NCBI GenBank assembly: GCA_951804945.1
Contig: OX638150.1
Coordinates: 24,862,001-24,926,000, forward strand
DNA: 64,000 bases
DNA from: Podarcis cretensis
Lineage: Eukaryota
Direction: 5' to 3'
In this document: one piece after another, positions 12,801-26,700 of the stretch
Layout: each line of letters begins with the position of its first letter
How positions within the stretch are numbered: the first letter of the stretch is position 1
The notes under the pieces: generated by a model
The model's input: the letters and a program-made list of their open reading frames with translations, nothing else
Told to the model about the DNA's origin: nothing
Database searches by the model: none
Made by a program: the position numbers and the translations under genes

Positions 12801-15800
12801 ACAAGAAAAACAGTAGATTTTATTTAAATACAACTTAAATAAAAGCAATAACTAGATAACTAGTTAACATAACATAACTAGATCAAAAAGGTGAGAATCA
12901 ACACTTGGTACAATGCTTGAATGAATAGGCTGGTGTTGAAACTCCATCAGTGTTGGTACTGCTTGCATCTGAGAGGGGAGGGCATTCCAAAGTCAGGGGT
13001 CACTACTGAGAACATCTATCTTGAACTGCCATCTAATACCGTATTTAGGCAAATCTAATTGTGTTTCCGAGCACAATTCAAAGTGCTGGTGTTGACCTTT
13101 AAAGCCCTAAACGGCCTCGGCCCAGTATACCTGAAGGAGCGTCTCCACCCCCATCGTTCTGCCCAGACGCTGAGGTCCAGCGCCGAGGGCCTTCTGGCGG
13201 TTCCCTCATTGCGAGAAGCAAAGCTACAGGGAACCAGGCAGAGGGCCTTCTCGGTAGTGGCGCCCGCCCTGTGGAACTCCCTCCCATCAGATGTCAAAGC
13301 GATAAATAACTACCTGACATTCAGAAGACATCTTAAGGCAGCCCTGTTCAGGGAAGTTTTTAATGTGTGATATTTTAGTGTGTTTTTGGTTTCTATGGAA
13401 GCCGCCCAGAGTGGCTGGGGAAACCCAGCCAGATGGGCGGGGTACAAATAATAAATTATTATTATGATGATGATGATGATGATGATGATGATGCACAATT
13501 GAATCTAAGGCGCACCTCAATTTTCAAAACCTTGAAACCAAAAAAGCATTTGCTAGCGAATGCAAATATGCCATCAAATCTATCGCGCACCTTAATTTTC
13601 ACAGTGCAATTGGGCCAGAAAAGGTGTGCATTACATTCGAGTAAATATGGCACCTCTCATAATCCATGGTATTGTAAAGAAGATCAGTCTACTGCTGACT
13701 AGCAGAGGGTATACACTAGCTGGTTTGATTCAGAATTGTGTTTGACAAACCAAACTATTGCACTCCCTGTCCACCAAAATAAGAAAATAGCTTAAGTAAT
13801 TCCAATACAGATGGAGGCCAACAGGGCTGGATGGAAGGACACCTCGACTCAATCCACACACATACCCTGAATCCAACACAAAATGGATTTCAATCTGAAT
13901 TACCCTTTTATTGGAATACCCCTAAAATCAGATTGCTATATCAAATGCTATATATGAACAGTTGTTGTTTGCAAGAAATAACAACCTATTTCCCAACTTT
14001 CAAAATAGTTCAGTTTCCTGAGCCCAGCTATGGTTGCCCATAAATCATGTAGTCTTAAGTCATGTAGTGAGTAATGTGGAATGAGATTTTAATCAAATGT
14101 ATTGCCTCCTGCACACCAGACTTTTGAAACTACAGACAAAATTTATCAGTGTTTCAGTTCACTGCTAACTTACCTCTGTTAGAGAAATGAGACACCCAAT
14201 AAGAGGATATATTGGGATGAAGATAGAAAAGCACGTGTGAATTATAATTGCTATTGCGTACGACTGAATAAAAGCTACATCAATAACAATAACACAAATC
14301 AAGGCTACCTGAAAAGGGAAAAGAAATAAAGATAATTACAATAAAATTAGAGCACCATTTGATTTCTTTTTATCCATCTTTAAAAAATGTTGTAGCATTC
14401 ATTTTCACGTGGGCAACTGAAAAACCAGCTGTATAGATTGCTTTTGCTAAGAAAGTGAAACGTAATATCCAGAATAAAAGGAACAGTAAATAGTACCTAA
14501 GAGACAAATAATGAATCCTGTAAACTATGCACTTGAAGGACTGAGCTACAACCCAAATGAAAAAAAGACATAATTATTTCATAAATATAACAATCAATCA
14601 ATTAAAATACTAAATTGCATTTACTAAGAAAGATGAATCAAGTACTACACTTTTACTTACTGTTGAAAAAATTAATGACCAAAATTCTTTGGTGTTTTGT
14701 ATTGTTTTGAAGGTGAAAGAGACAACATAATGGAACAAAATTACCGATGGTACGTAGCCAATAAGGCACAAAACCTGCAGGGGGGAAATTAAATTTGAGT
14801 TATGCATAACATGAAAACACAACAAAATGATTAAGAACACAGAATACAATCTGTCACCTTTCCTGAGGGAAGGTGACTCAAGTTACAGAGCTCAATGTAG
14901 GCATGTTTCATATACAGTGGTACCTCGGTATAAGAACAGTCCTATTTACCAACAATTCGGTTTACGAACTCCACAAAACCGGAAGTAGTGTCTGAGAACT
15001 TTACCTTGGTCTAAGAATGAAATCTGAACGGTGGAAGGGCACTGGCAGCGGGAGGCCTCATTAGGGAAAGCACACCTCGGTTTAAGAACAGTTTCGGTTT
15101 AAGAACGGACTTCCAGAATGGATTAAGTTCATAAAATGAGGTACCACTGTACATATATCAGAACTTCCACACCCTACAGAGCTGGGTGTGTGGACTACAA
15201 ATGGTCGTAGCCTGAATGCAGACTTCAGGAAGACTGGGGATCTATGTATGGGAGGCATACATGGGCCTCTTGTGGGTGGCATTGTCATGGGATGTAGAAG
15301 AGCAAAAAGTTAAGCACACCTGCAATGGGGAGAAGGTAGATCTAAATTAGGGTTCATGCTCTTAATTTTTGTCAGGTGAAAGTTTGTGCTTTACTTAGGG
15401 CTGCCTAAAAAGAATAAAGGGTTATATCCAACATTAGTCATACTCAGAGCAGACCCAGTGAAATCAATGAACTCAACTAATGAGAATGAGTACAAGTATG
15501 ATTTCGTTGGTTGACACCCAAAGCAGTGGGCAGCTTACCCCCCAAATAATAGCAGTCTTCTGCACTCTCCAGACACAAATGCCCACATGGCTCCAACCCT
15601 CAAACTACAAAGAGTGTCTCCTTTCTCAGATCCCATTGTAAATAAAAGACCAACTTTGCTCCCTCCCAAAAAAGCTCAACAACTTGAAATATGGCAACCC
15701 TAGAATAGCCTGCAATGTTTTGCAAATGAAATCAGGGGTCATATTTTTAATACAAAAACAAAAAAGGAAATGCAAAGACTCCCTTAATTATTGCACATTG

Positions 15801-18800
15801 TTGAAAGTTCCTCACTACCTGCAGTGTGCTGTATTCATTTAAAGTGTTACCATCTGCTCCTATGCCAATTTAAAAGCCAAAAGGTTGATGGTTCTTTGGG
15901 TTAAAAGTAGAGCAGAAAAACATAAGTATACAGTGGTACCTCGGGTTATATACGCTTCAGGTTACATACGCTTCAGGTTACAGACTCCGCTAACCCAGAA
16001 ATAGTGCTTCAGGCTAAGAACTTTGCTTCACGATGAAAACAGAAATCGTGCTCTGGCGGCGTGGCAGCAGCAGGAGGCTCCATTAGCTAAAGTGGTGCTT
16101 CAGGTTAAGAACAGTTTCAGGTTAAGTATGGCCCTCTGGAATGAATTAAGTACTTAACCCGAGGTACCACTGTACTACATTATTTATTGCAGGATGTTTG
16201 AAATACACTTCAGTGAGTGCAGCATGTGAAATGGCAGGCAATGCCATTACACAGGCAATTTCTGCTTTATGTTCACTTTGCTGCTCTGTTGATTTTAGTA
16301 ATTATGTGTCTTGTGTCTGGCTGTGCTCTGTAAGATGCTTTGGGAACCTCCAAGTTGAATATGATGTTATTCTGCTTTTGTAATAAATAAAATAAAATGG
16401 TGCCGTGGGGAAGAATCTTTACTAGGGCTGAAGAATGGCAGATTTGCCATCACATCCGCAGTTCTGCCGGCTCCTGCCTACCTGGGCAGTTAATTTTTAT
16501 TCTTTGTAGATGGCGCAGCAAAGAGTCCTGGATCAGGTTCCTCCAAGGGAAACAGACTGATTTTTGATCCAGTGGCTCCATCACTGGCCCTATTCTTCCA
16601 TTGAAAGGTTCCAGGTATTCCTGCCAGCAGTAGTTTAGTAATTCCTGCCCACACCTTCAACAGGTGCAGTGGAGCTTTCCATGGCAACAGAGTTCCTTCC
16701 TGCCATAGGGAAATCTTTTCTGAATCCTACTGGATTTCTGTTGTTGAGGTGACACCAATAAGGGGAGCAAAGAACGGATAAAAGTATCTGCAAGAAAACA
16801 AAACTTACCACAGCAAGAGCCTCCTCAGGGAAAAAAATAATTCCATGGTGAACTATGAACAAGATTCCGACCATCAGGAGGAGAATAATGTAATATAAAA
16901 GAATGTCAACTAGTGCTTGCCCACACCAGTATGCAGATGGATAAAGACCTGATAACTTAAGTTGAGTATAGGCTTTGATCTGCAAAGGTGCAAAAAATAA
17001 ATGAAAATCCAGGTCAAATATGGGGAATGGCAGGAAATCCAGCAATTGTACTTTTGCTTTTGATAATATGATCTAGAATGAACTATTAAAAAAAAAATAC
17101 AGTACAAAACATTCTATGGGCTCACCCACACTTCTTGTACTTTATAGATACGGGTCTGAGTAGCTTTGGCTTTGGCTTGTCACTTTCCCCAGGAAAACCA
17201 CTCTTCAGCATGAAATCAGATCAAATGGCAACCAGATTTTCGGCAGACCGCTATTTGTTCTGAATCGGTGCTAAACTGTGGGTTTTCCTGGAGGAAAGTG
17301 ATGGGCAGATAGAAGTGTGTTTGAGCCCTCGGCCACTAGCTTATCTGTAGGGCTGGGACATACGGTTTTCTAGAAGAAAAGCATTGAGAACATACATCAA
17401 GAGTCATTCTAATTTAATTGAAACAAGACACCTCAAACACCCCTAACTGATAAATGAACCAAGATGGAGGAAGAAAATATCCTATTAAGATCTACAACTA
17501 GGGAGCAGCTCAAAGAAAAATACAGCAATGGCAGAGAGTCCTGCACACCAGGGAGTACTTACCTCCCAAAATTTCATGGGTGAAAATAGGGACATTCCTG
17601 TACAGGAGTGGGTAGGGCTAGGGGCGGAGTCCAGCAGCTCAGCTGTGTGGTTTGGCAGACAATAGCAGGGCCAACACAATCCAGAGTCAAGTGCCACAAG
17701 GAGAAAGCAGTTACTAATATGCATGCAAGCAGGTGGCTCCAGCTGGCGAAAGCAGGGAGGCAAGCCACAGGCTACAAGGCAAATCAAATGCATAACACAC
17801 ACACACATATATATGCACTATATATATCATCTAGAGGACATTAGTCCTGTTTTACAGTGGGGCACAACAGTGAGTACCTAGCCCAAGATCGGTCACTGAA
17901 GGTAATATTAAATATTAAACATTAACAATAGCAAGCAACAAATAAAGGGAATGCCTGCAGCCTCACACCCAGAGACACTGGAATTAAGAAGCTTTATTTA
18001 TTCTTTTTCATCCTATATGGCTGGCAGCACAACATGGGATCAATAGGCCATTGCCTGCACAGTCCTAGTTGGGAATATTGAGGTCAAATGAAATTAGATG
18101 ATTTTTTAAAAAAGGATAAATGTAAGCAGCATTTAGCCAAATTATATACTCTCATTTAGACTCTGATGTCTACTCTGAAGTAAATCCCGTATAACTCCAT
18201 GTGGTTTACTCCCAAGTAAATGTAATGAATAAAGAGGTTGCAACCACAGTTACTATAGCTGTGTTTTCAGAGAGCCAGAGGGTGGGATCCAAAAAGCCAT
18301 TTGTGAAAAGAGAAAATGTTTGTTAACTTTTGTGGGCAAGCTAGCAGAAGACTTCTCAACAGTGTACAACACCACAATATATCAGGAGTTGTGTTATACT
18401 ACAAGAAACATGGTGTGTAAGGAAGGTAAGGCTTTTGGATCCTTTCCATCTAAGTAATTACTTTTATGCCAGTTTCTTTGTAAGTAGTGAAACAAGCAGT
18501 TATGTAAGCATCTGCAGAGAATATATGAAAGTTTGGCTGGAAGTTTTTAAATTTGTGTTTGCTCTCTGAACTTAAGGTTTGGTCAACACAGGCATACATG
18601 GTGCAAAAAAACAAGACACATAGAAAAGAAAAAGAAAAGAAAAATAGTTGCATCATTAAAATTAAGAGAGCAGGTATAGGTTTTTTCCCTGAGACTGAAT
18701 AGCGGGACAGTTTGGGTGGTAGTAGCAAATGCGTAGTTTGAAGAAGAAAAAGCAAAATGACTCTTGATGATTGGTAAAATGAAAGTTCACCAGAATGATC

Positions 18801-20718
18801 TGTAATTTCCACCTGAGTCCTAGTGTGGCAATGAATTTGAACCAGAATATCCTACTAATCAAACCCAATAAATAAGTTCTTTAGAATGCAGCATGACAAC
18901 CAGCCCAAGTTATGACAGCATAGAATCAATTAGCTGAACAATACGATTTGGTAACTATGTTGAACAGAGAAGTTATAAATATTGCTGCTATTTCCTTATT
19001 CTAATTGAACACTTTTACGTACAACCATATCTGCCCTGAATTGATTCACTACAATGTATGAAATCAGTTAAAATAAGTTATGATGCCAAATAGGTGGCAA
19101 GGGAATAACTATGGTGACTCCTGATTTTCCCTCTGATCAATTTGGTCTGAGGAATCACTGTGTTGAACCAATGTACAGGACATTTCACATTGCTTTTTTA
19201 AAAAGTATGTTCTAATACAAAGTTACCCTGTGGTTTTCTGCATTGTCCATGGAAAAATATGATGGCAATCCAGTTATTGTGACTCCTACTGTCAAAGCTT
19301 GAACAACCAGCACCATTATGAAACCTCTGTCAGTAATTTTCTGCAAAATAACAGATTGCAATATTAGAATACAAAGGGAAAAAACCCACTGTGAAATATA
19401 ATTTTAAGGGTGTGTTTTTTTTTGGGGGGGTGTCTAACCGTGGCTTGATAAATCAGTCTGTTTTTGCTATATTTAGTTTGCAGTTATGTAACTTGGCATA
19501 TTTTGCATTTTTAATTCTTTTGAAAGACAGTACAATAAAAGTTTGAAAACTAAAACTAATAAATAAATCTGTTTTGCAGCCTGACTAGGGCTGCAAAATG
19601 GAATACCTGGGAGACCACAACACATGGCATTTAAGATGTGTTTGGTTTTGGAGATAACGTCATGCAATCCAATATACACAAAGGCCACGTTGTCATGAAC
19701 TGGAATGCAACTTCATTTTACAAGAACTTTTTTTGGACTTTGTATTTACTCACTTGGAAGAACGAACTACTCCAGACATGGATGTTTTCTGTTACATTTA
19801 AATTGTGCAGATACAGATTGCTAATGATATTCATCATAACTGGTAAAGAATGTTTCATGGTGCAGTTAAAAGCAGCTGTAAAGATGTAGCTCTGAAAACA
19901 ACAAGAAAAAGAGCATAATCAGCTACAAATCTCTAGTGCCACCGTTCCTTCCCTCTTGCACTTTATGTGCTGATGGAACAGCACCAGGGCAGTGGGAGAA
20001 AGGAAATGACATGTGAGCTATTAAAGAAAAATCTGTGAGCTTTGATCTTACCACTGCTGCTGACACCAAGGCTGACAGTGCGGAAAAAGGAAAAAGACCT
20101 ACCGCCCTGTTTCTAAGGCGAGTTTCCCTCTTCAAATTTCAAAACCTCCCCTATCCCCTATTTTTTGGGGAGAAAAATTCATTTTGTATCCCAACTCCCT
20201 GCCAGCAAACACAACGAATGCTCACATAGAACCAATATATTTAACCTGCATTTCTTCTCACCTTGCCTGCATGAGATACATTTAATGCTCCATTGTGGGG
20301 AGCAACTGATACGTAATCACTGCCATTGAATATTTCTGTGTGTACATTCTGGCTTATAAGAGAGCTGATGATGTCATCAATGTCTGAACCTAGGTTGAGA
20401 CAATAAAGAAAGTTGAAAGGTTAGTCTCACAGGCACAAAGATTCCTTACATGCAAAGAGTTTCCCCATTCCCTGCTATGCCAAAGATACATATTATTATT
20501 GAACATTTAGAGTTAGCCCTGATATTGCAGCAAACAAGAAGGCTCATGTTCTCCAGAAGTCCCGTATCAAAATATCCTTAGAGTTTTAGGGTGAAATCCA
20601 GTTAAGTCATACTCAGACCCGACACATTGAAATAAATGAAAGTTAATTATTTCAGTGGGTCTGCTTTGTGCATGACTGAGATCAATACCCTTGAAGCACT
20701 GACAAGATGTGTATATAT

Positions 20719-20749
<31 letters not shown>

Positions 20750-23700
20750 TAACCTGTGCTGTCATGTAATCACTATAATTATGAAACAATGTTGCTTCTT
20801 TTATTGATTTATTTTTAAATATTTATACCCTGCCCACTAACTGATGCTGCTGTAAAGCTTTCAGCTTTTTGGTAAAAAATCAAACTATTTAAAGTCTGTT
20901 TCATGAAGTTGGCCAGATACAATTCTAGAAATATATAATTAAATTCAATTTGTGATTGAATGGGGGGGGGGGCGGTAATCAAACCAGACTTGCCAGAAGG
21001 CTGATTTTTCTACCTGTCCTCAAGCTAACCATTCATTACACTGATTACTGTTAAACTTAATTACACTTTTAATTTATTCCTAGTGTATGTCATACAGTAA
21101 AAAAATAAAATAAAATGCCAGATGGTGAAATGAATAAAAGTGAATAAATTGAAATGTAACTTACCAGTGAAGTTCTGAACAAGGAGACTGCTTTTGTATT
21201 TATGATGAGTTTCATTTGGTTTAAGAAAGTATAAGTCTGGAGAAAACGTAACAGGAACCACTGCATTTTTGAAGTATTGCCGATACATATTGAACATATA
21301 AATCTCAACACCAAGGAACACTGTTAATAGCAAAAACCTGAAATAAGAAGAAAAAAGTACACGTAGAGCTGGTACAAATTAGTGTAAAGAATTGTGACCT
21401 TTAGAGCAGAGGTAGACTGAATAGCCATCAGCCATAGTATTTATTTATTTAATTTAACACAATCTGTATGCTTTTTAATTTTTGTAAAACCTCTAAGTGA
21501 CTTTGCATTGTTTTACCGGAAACACTAATCTGTCTTAAGTTTATTCAATACAAAACACATATTCAAAATAACTTGAGGATGACAAACATGTACTCTTCCG
21601 CAGTAACAAAGGAAAGGACCTTGCTAGATCAGAACCAGGTTGACCTGCTCAAGCATTCTCTGTAAGAATCCCCTTAAACTGTATCCACTGGTAAAATTGG
21701 CTGCAATCCCTGCTCTGGATGACAAGTCATTAAATAATGATTTCACTCATCCACATACTAAAAGTACAAGCCTGTAAACAGCTACACTGAGACAGCAGTC
21801 CATGAATATGATATATAAGGCACCTTGTGTGGTATTTTAAAAAGTTGAGAAAGGTGAAGGGGCAGGGAGTGTTATTGAAAAGCTAGCATTATAGTCAGAG
21901 GGCTTATCCACACTTACCTTCTCCCTGCTCTTTCGAGGCACAGGTCTGTGCTTGTGTTTTATTCTTTATTTTGTCCTAGAGCTTTCCCCATGAAAACCCA
22001 TTATTTAGTGCTCAAGCAGAACCAATGTCAAGTTAGGTTTTCCACACATTGACGCTTGCTCCAACGGAGCTTTAAAGAGCAGGTTTGTGTGGGGAATGCT
22101 CCAGATTAAAAACAAAAACAGTGCTCAGACCTGCAGCTTTAATGCACAGATCATGCCTTGAAAGAGAGGAAAGGTAAATGTGGATAAGCCCCCAGTCTCA
22201 AGCAATAGCCATCTGTCCCTCTCGGAGCATGACATGAATGCAATAACTTATTTTCCTTCCGTGGGCTCCTTCTCTTTGGATCGTTAAAACATAAGACGGA
22301 AATGTTTCCTGAAGTTCACGTGTAAGCTTTGGTAAGAGAACTTGCAGCCAAATGTGATGTTTGATGATGCAGTTTCTTTTCAAACGACTCTATCCTTGTG
22401 AATGCTTCATATTGCGCAGATTGAAATTTGCCACTTCCTCATTGGAACTTCTTTTCAAACATTTTTTCAGGATGTGGCAAGCTGCCCTCTTGAAGGGCGT
22501 TAAGTATTCGCACAGATATTGCTGGCAAAGATGAGGTGGGTCAGAAATAATCTAATATAATAAGGCTGAATGAACACACAAGCCCCAACTATCTCCTGGC
22601 TCTCCTTGGCACACTAGAACATTATAGGGATTAGGAGGCATGCATATATGTCCCTTGTGTTTCTCAAGCACGCATGAATGCATGTATGTACACTCTCCCT
22701 CTCTTTTCTGGATGCTAGCTATTTGACTCCCAAATTTAACTTGCACTAAGAGATAAGGGAAAACGACACAGACCTTCCACTCTCCACAATGATGCAGCGT
22801 GCTGCTTACATGTGTGTATCATAGGGAGCAGTGAAGAGACTCAATAGCAAATCCTCCACACACACATGCTGCACTCACTATTTCCCTATCAGGTGCTGCA
22901 ACACAAGGCGCTAATCAGATGCTGCCTTCACTCTGGGCTGCGGTCTGTTTTAACCTTTTAACCTATTTCCGCTTCTGACTCTCATACATTTTGGACTAAG
23001 AAACAGAAAGCCAAGATGCTTACACTTCCGTGAGTGATTTGATGTCACGTTTGAAATTAAGAAAATGAACTTTTGCCAGAGTAGAGACCTGTTTTTTCCA
23101 AAGAGACTTATTGCTTAATACACACGATTTTGTCTCAGATAGCATTAGCAGGCTTTGCTCTATCTCATCCATAGATTTTGCATCCATTTCATCTTCAGCT
23201 TGCTCCGAGTTAAATGCACTGAAATCTAAGGAGGGTAACAGGTTAGGCAACTTAGAATTTATCCCTCATCACCAAATCATTGATCTGTAATGTACTACAA
23301 GAAGGACTGTCATTGATTCTCACCTGTGTGGTTAATTTCAGCTTCAACTTCCAGCTTGAGGAATACATCTTCCAAGGTAGTCATGGAAACGCCGTAAGAA
23401 ATAACACCCAAATGGGAATGCATGTCTAGATCAGCAAACAGTGCTAGAAGAAGAAGAAGCAGGAATAGATGTGGTAATAGTAGCAACAGCAGCAGCAGCA
23501 GCCACTGCCGAGCTACTGCTTGGAAATAGAAATATAGGAAGCTGTCTTGTACCATTGATCAATGCAACTCAGTACTACCTACAGCATAGCAGGCCCAAAA
23601 CCTATGTTATTTCTCTTGAAGTCCATTTCAATTTAGTTTTCCATGAGTTTCATTATTTTCCTCATCTACTCTCCAATTTTCACTGGTGTTCAAAGGGGAG

Positions 23701-26700
23701 ATGAGGTGTACCTGAAAATTTGTCCATGTCGTTAAAAGGTAAGGCATACACAAGCTGCTCTTCAGTCTGCTTTAACAAACTGGCTCCAGGGATATGCTGC
23801 TTGATCAAAAATGCTGTGCCTTCTGTGTTACAGTACCTGTCTATTTGCATACTAAGGAAAAACACACACACACAATGTTTAATTATTTTTTACAAGGTGG
23901 GACTCTATGGTCTGTTTGTTTTTTAAGTAACAAAAAGAACATATTGTAAACCAATTTAACATATAAACTTTATTTTCTTAATCCAAATGAAAAACAAAAT
24001 TTACATATAAGTGTTCATAATACTTTACCTTTACCTTTATTCATAAATTATCTAAAACTCTAACAGATAAATCACAAAAACGTTTGAGATATATTCCAGA
24101 GGTGGGGAACCTTTTTTGTTTCTAAGGGTCAGTTCTTTTCAGCAGGCTGACTCTGACAGATGGGTGGGCCAATCTAGTTGTCAATCACATCTCCCTATGA
24201 CATAATGTGATTGACAAATGGGTTGCCCAGCCCACTTGTCAAAATCCCTTCTGCTTGCAGTGCTCCTTGCTGCAGTTCCTCCAGCAAACTATAAAGGGGG
24301 AGGGAAACTACTGCAAAGAATATGTGTGTTTGTATGGAATGTTTGGGAGGAAATAAGACAGTAAATAACAAATAACAAACAAAATATTGGTGTATGTAAT
24401 TTTTATTTCTCAATTATATTTTGTGGTAGTATGGTTGTAATGTTTTTGTAACATAAAATCATTCAATAATTTTTTTTTTTTAAAGGCTGCTTTAAATTAA
24501 TATCCACGCTCCTTACTGAGCATAGGAGAGTGGAGACTGAGTGCTCTTTGCAACATTTTCTCTCTCCCACTTTTGTTGCTTCTCTCCAGCAGCAAAAAGG
24601 TAGCAGACTCTTTTTTTTTTCTTGGAAGGCTCACCGTACACTGATTCCTTTCAGAGGCTAAAGAGATGGCTTTCCAAGAAGGTCCAGCCCACCCGCTGAC
24701 ATCACCAATGATAGTATCTGATGGGCAGGTTGGCAATGTTTGGGGGAAATGGCTTGGCAGTCCAAACTGGAAGTTTCTTCATGCCTGATACTAGGCAAGT
24801 CAATCAAAAAATTGCGGGGGTTTTGGCGTTCGGGGGCAACTCTACCTGATACACTCAATCATATTTCCATTCAGTACTTTGTGGATGTTACTGAAATTTC
24901 TAGCAGGTATAAGTCTGCTTGATCCAAAAAAGTTATTATTATTTAATATTTTATTCAGAATGCAATCCTGTACTCACTTACCTGGGAGTAAGTGGTATTA
25001 AATTTAGTGGGAACTCTGAGTGGATAGACATAGAATTGTTCTGTCAAATGCTTTTTTATAACCTTGTAACACAGTTGCTTTGTAGTGATAATTAAGAAAG
25101 AAAATAAGGCAGTATGAACCAATTAGTGTTCATTTTTACTCATTGCTATTATACTTCCAGCTAACCAAACTGGGTGTTTTTTAAGTTAGTTGTAAAATTC
25201 TGGCAAAGTGGAAAATAATGAACACATTGAAATAGACTTTCAGACTACAGATACCTCAAGCGGTAGCCAATTCCCCATTTTGTTTTAAGGAACAGAGAGG
25301 AGCCAAGGCATTTCAGCATTCCTTGAGAAATCACAGCTTTCCGATCTAGAAGCAGGAGCAGAAGGTACCTTCAGTTATATCAGTTCATACAGCGATAAGC
25401 TGGCCATATTACCAAACTGGTACTAACACAAAGACCCCCAAATTGCACTTGCCAGCAACAATGTCTGCTTCTTCCATGAAATGGGTACTGAACACAGTCA
25501 CTCGAGTGGCTTTTCCATTTTTCAGGAGGTTCCAAACTGTTTGCCGTGAACATGGATCCATGCCAGCGGTTGGTTCATCTAAGAGTAATACCTAAATATT
25601 GGCCATGGAAAACAATGGACTAGATATTCATTTTGAAAGTAGGAGTTATCCCTTATCAATAATATTGTTTATCATTATCATCACTTCTATCAGATATGTG
25701 AACAGTTTGACCAGAAAAAAGCTCAACAACTTTTGTGTCAGGATTTTTACTTTTTGAAATATGGCAACCCTACTGTTTCCTCAAGCGCATTGTCTCCTGT
25801 TATTGTAAGTTTTTATATCATGCTCTCAGTCTGCCTGCCTGTAGTTTGGGAATATACTAAAAATAAAATAATTTTTAAAACACTCTGCTTCATGAAACAC
25901 ATCCTGTTCAGCTCCTGCAAACAGAGAAGTCTCATACACCCACATACCCACCCCCACCCCTTATAATAATTACAACAAATCCACTCCTACCAAAAGAAAC
26001 ACAGTCCAGAAGTACAAATCAAACACCATCAGAGATTCTGGCATTATTGGCCCCACATTCTCATTAACCTTTCCATTAGTAAAGAACTCCAAAAACTCTG
26101 GGGAGAAATTTGGATGAGAAATGTTGGCACCATTCCAAGAGCAATGTAGATGTAGTGACATAGACATTCTTCAGTACTATCACCACTTCTGATGGACTGT
26201 GAATGGATCTTTAGCTCATTTCTTATGTTATTCTAGAAGCCATTTCAGCATAGCCATGTTGATGTGGGAAAAGACGATCAGAAGCCCTAGCCCACACCGT
26301 CTGGTGTTATGTATAAAAGTGCCTAAGATGCTTTCACAAAGTAGTGGGAAGAGAACTACAAACAACTTGGCTTGGAATTATCCTAGGAGGCTTCAAACAT
26401 TCAGAGGGAGGGGATGTAATAGGCCTCCAGGCCTCGTGCTATGTAGGATTGCCTCAAATAAATCTGAAGCTTAAATATGACTTAAATACATATGCAGCTG
26501 CTAAACTGGCTCTGATCAGTAACAATGAGGAAATGTAAACCAACGACCTCAATGTTGGTAACTGGAAGTTGAGGACTATATGGCAAATGCACAAAGCCAT
26601 ATTATGACCAATCAAATGTAGTAGTACAGATGTAAAAACAAAAAACAAAAAATGCACACAGGTAAATATAGGTGGTTAACTCTTATAAAACATCCCTATT

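Noticed and set aside
13059-13370. 103-aa plus-strand ORF as a nested host gene
   Set aside because: It is the C-terminus of L2 ORF2
13287-13702. Poly-His/Ile/Asp/Ser ORFs
   Set aside because: Translations of the (GAT)n L2 tail
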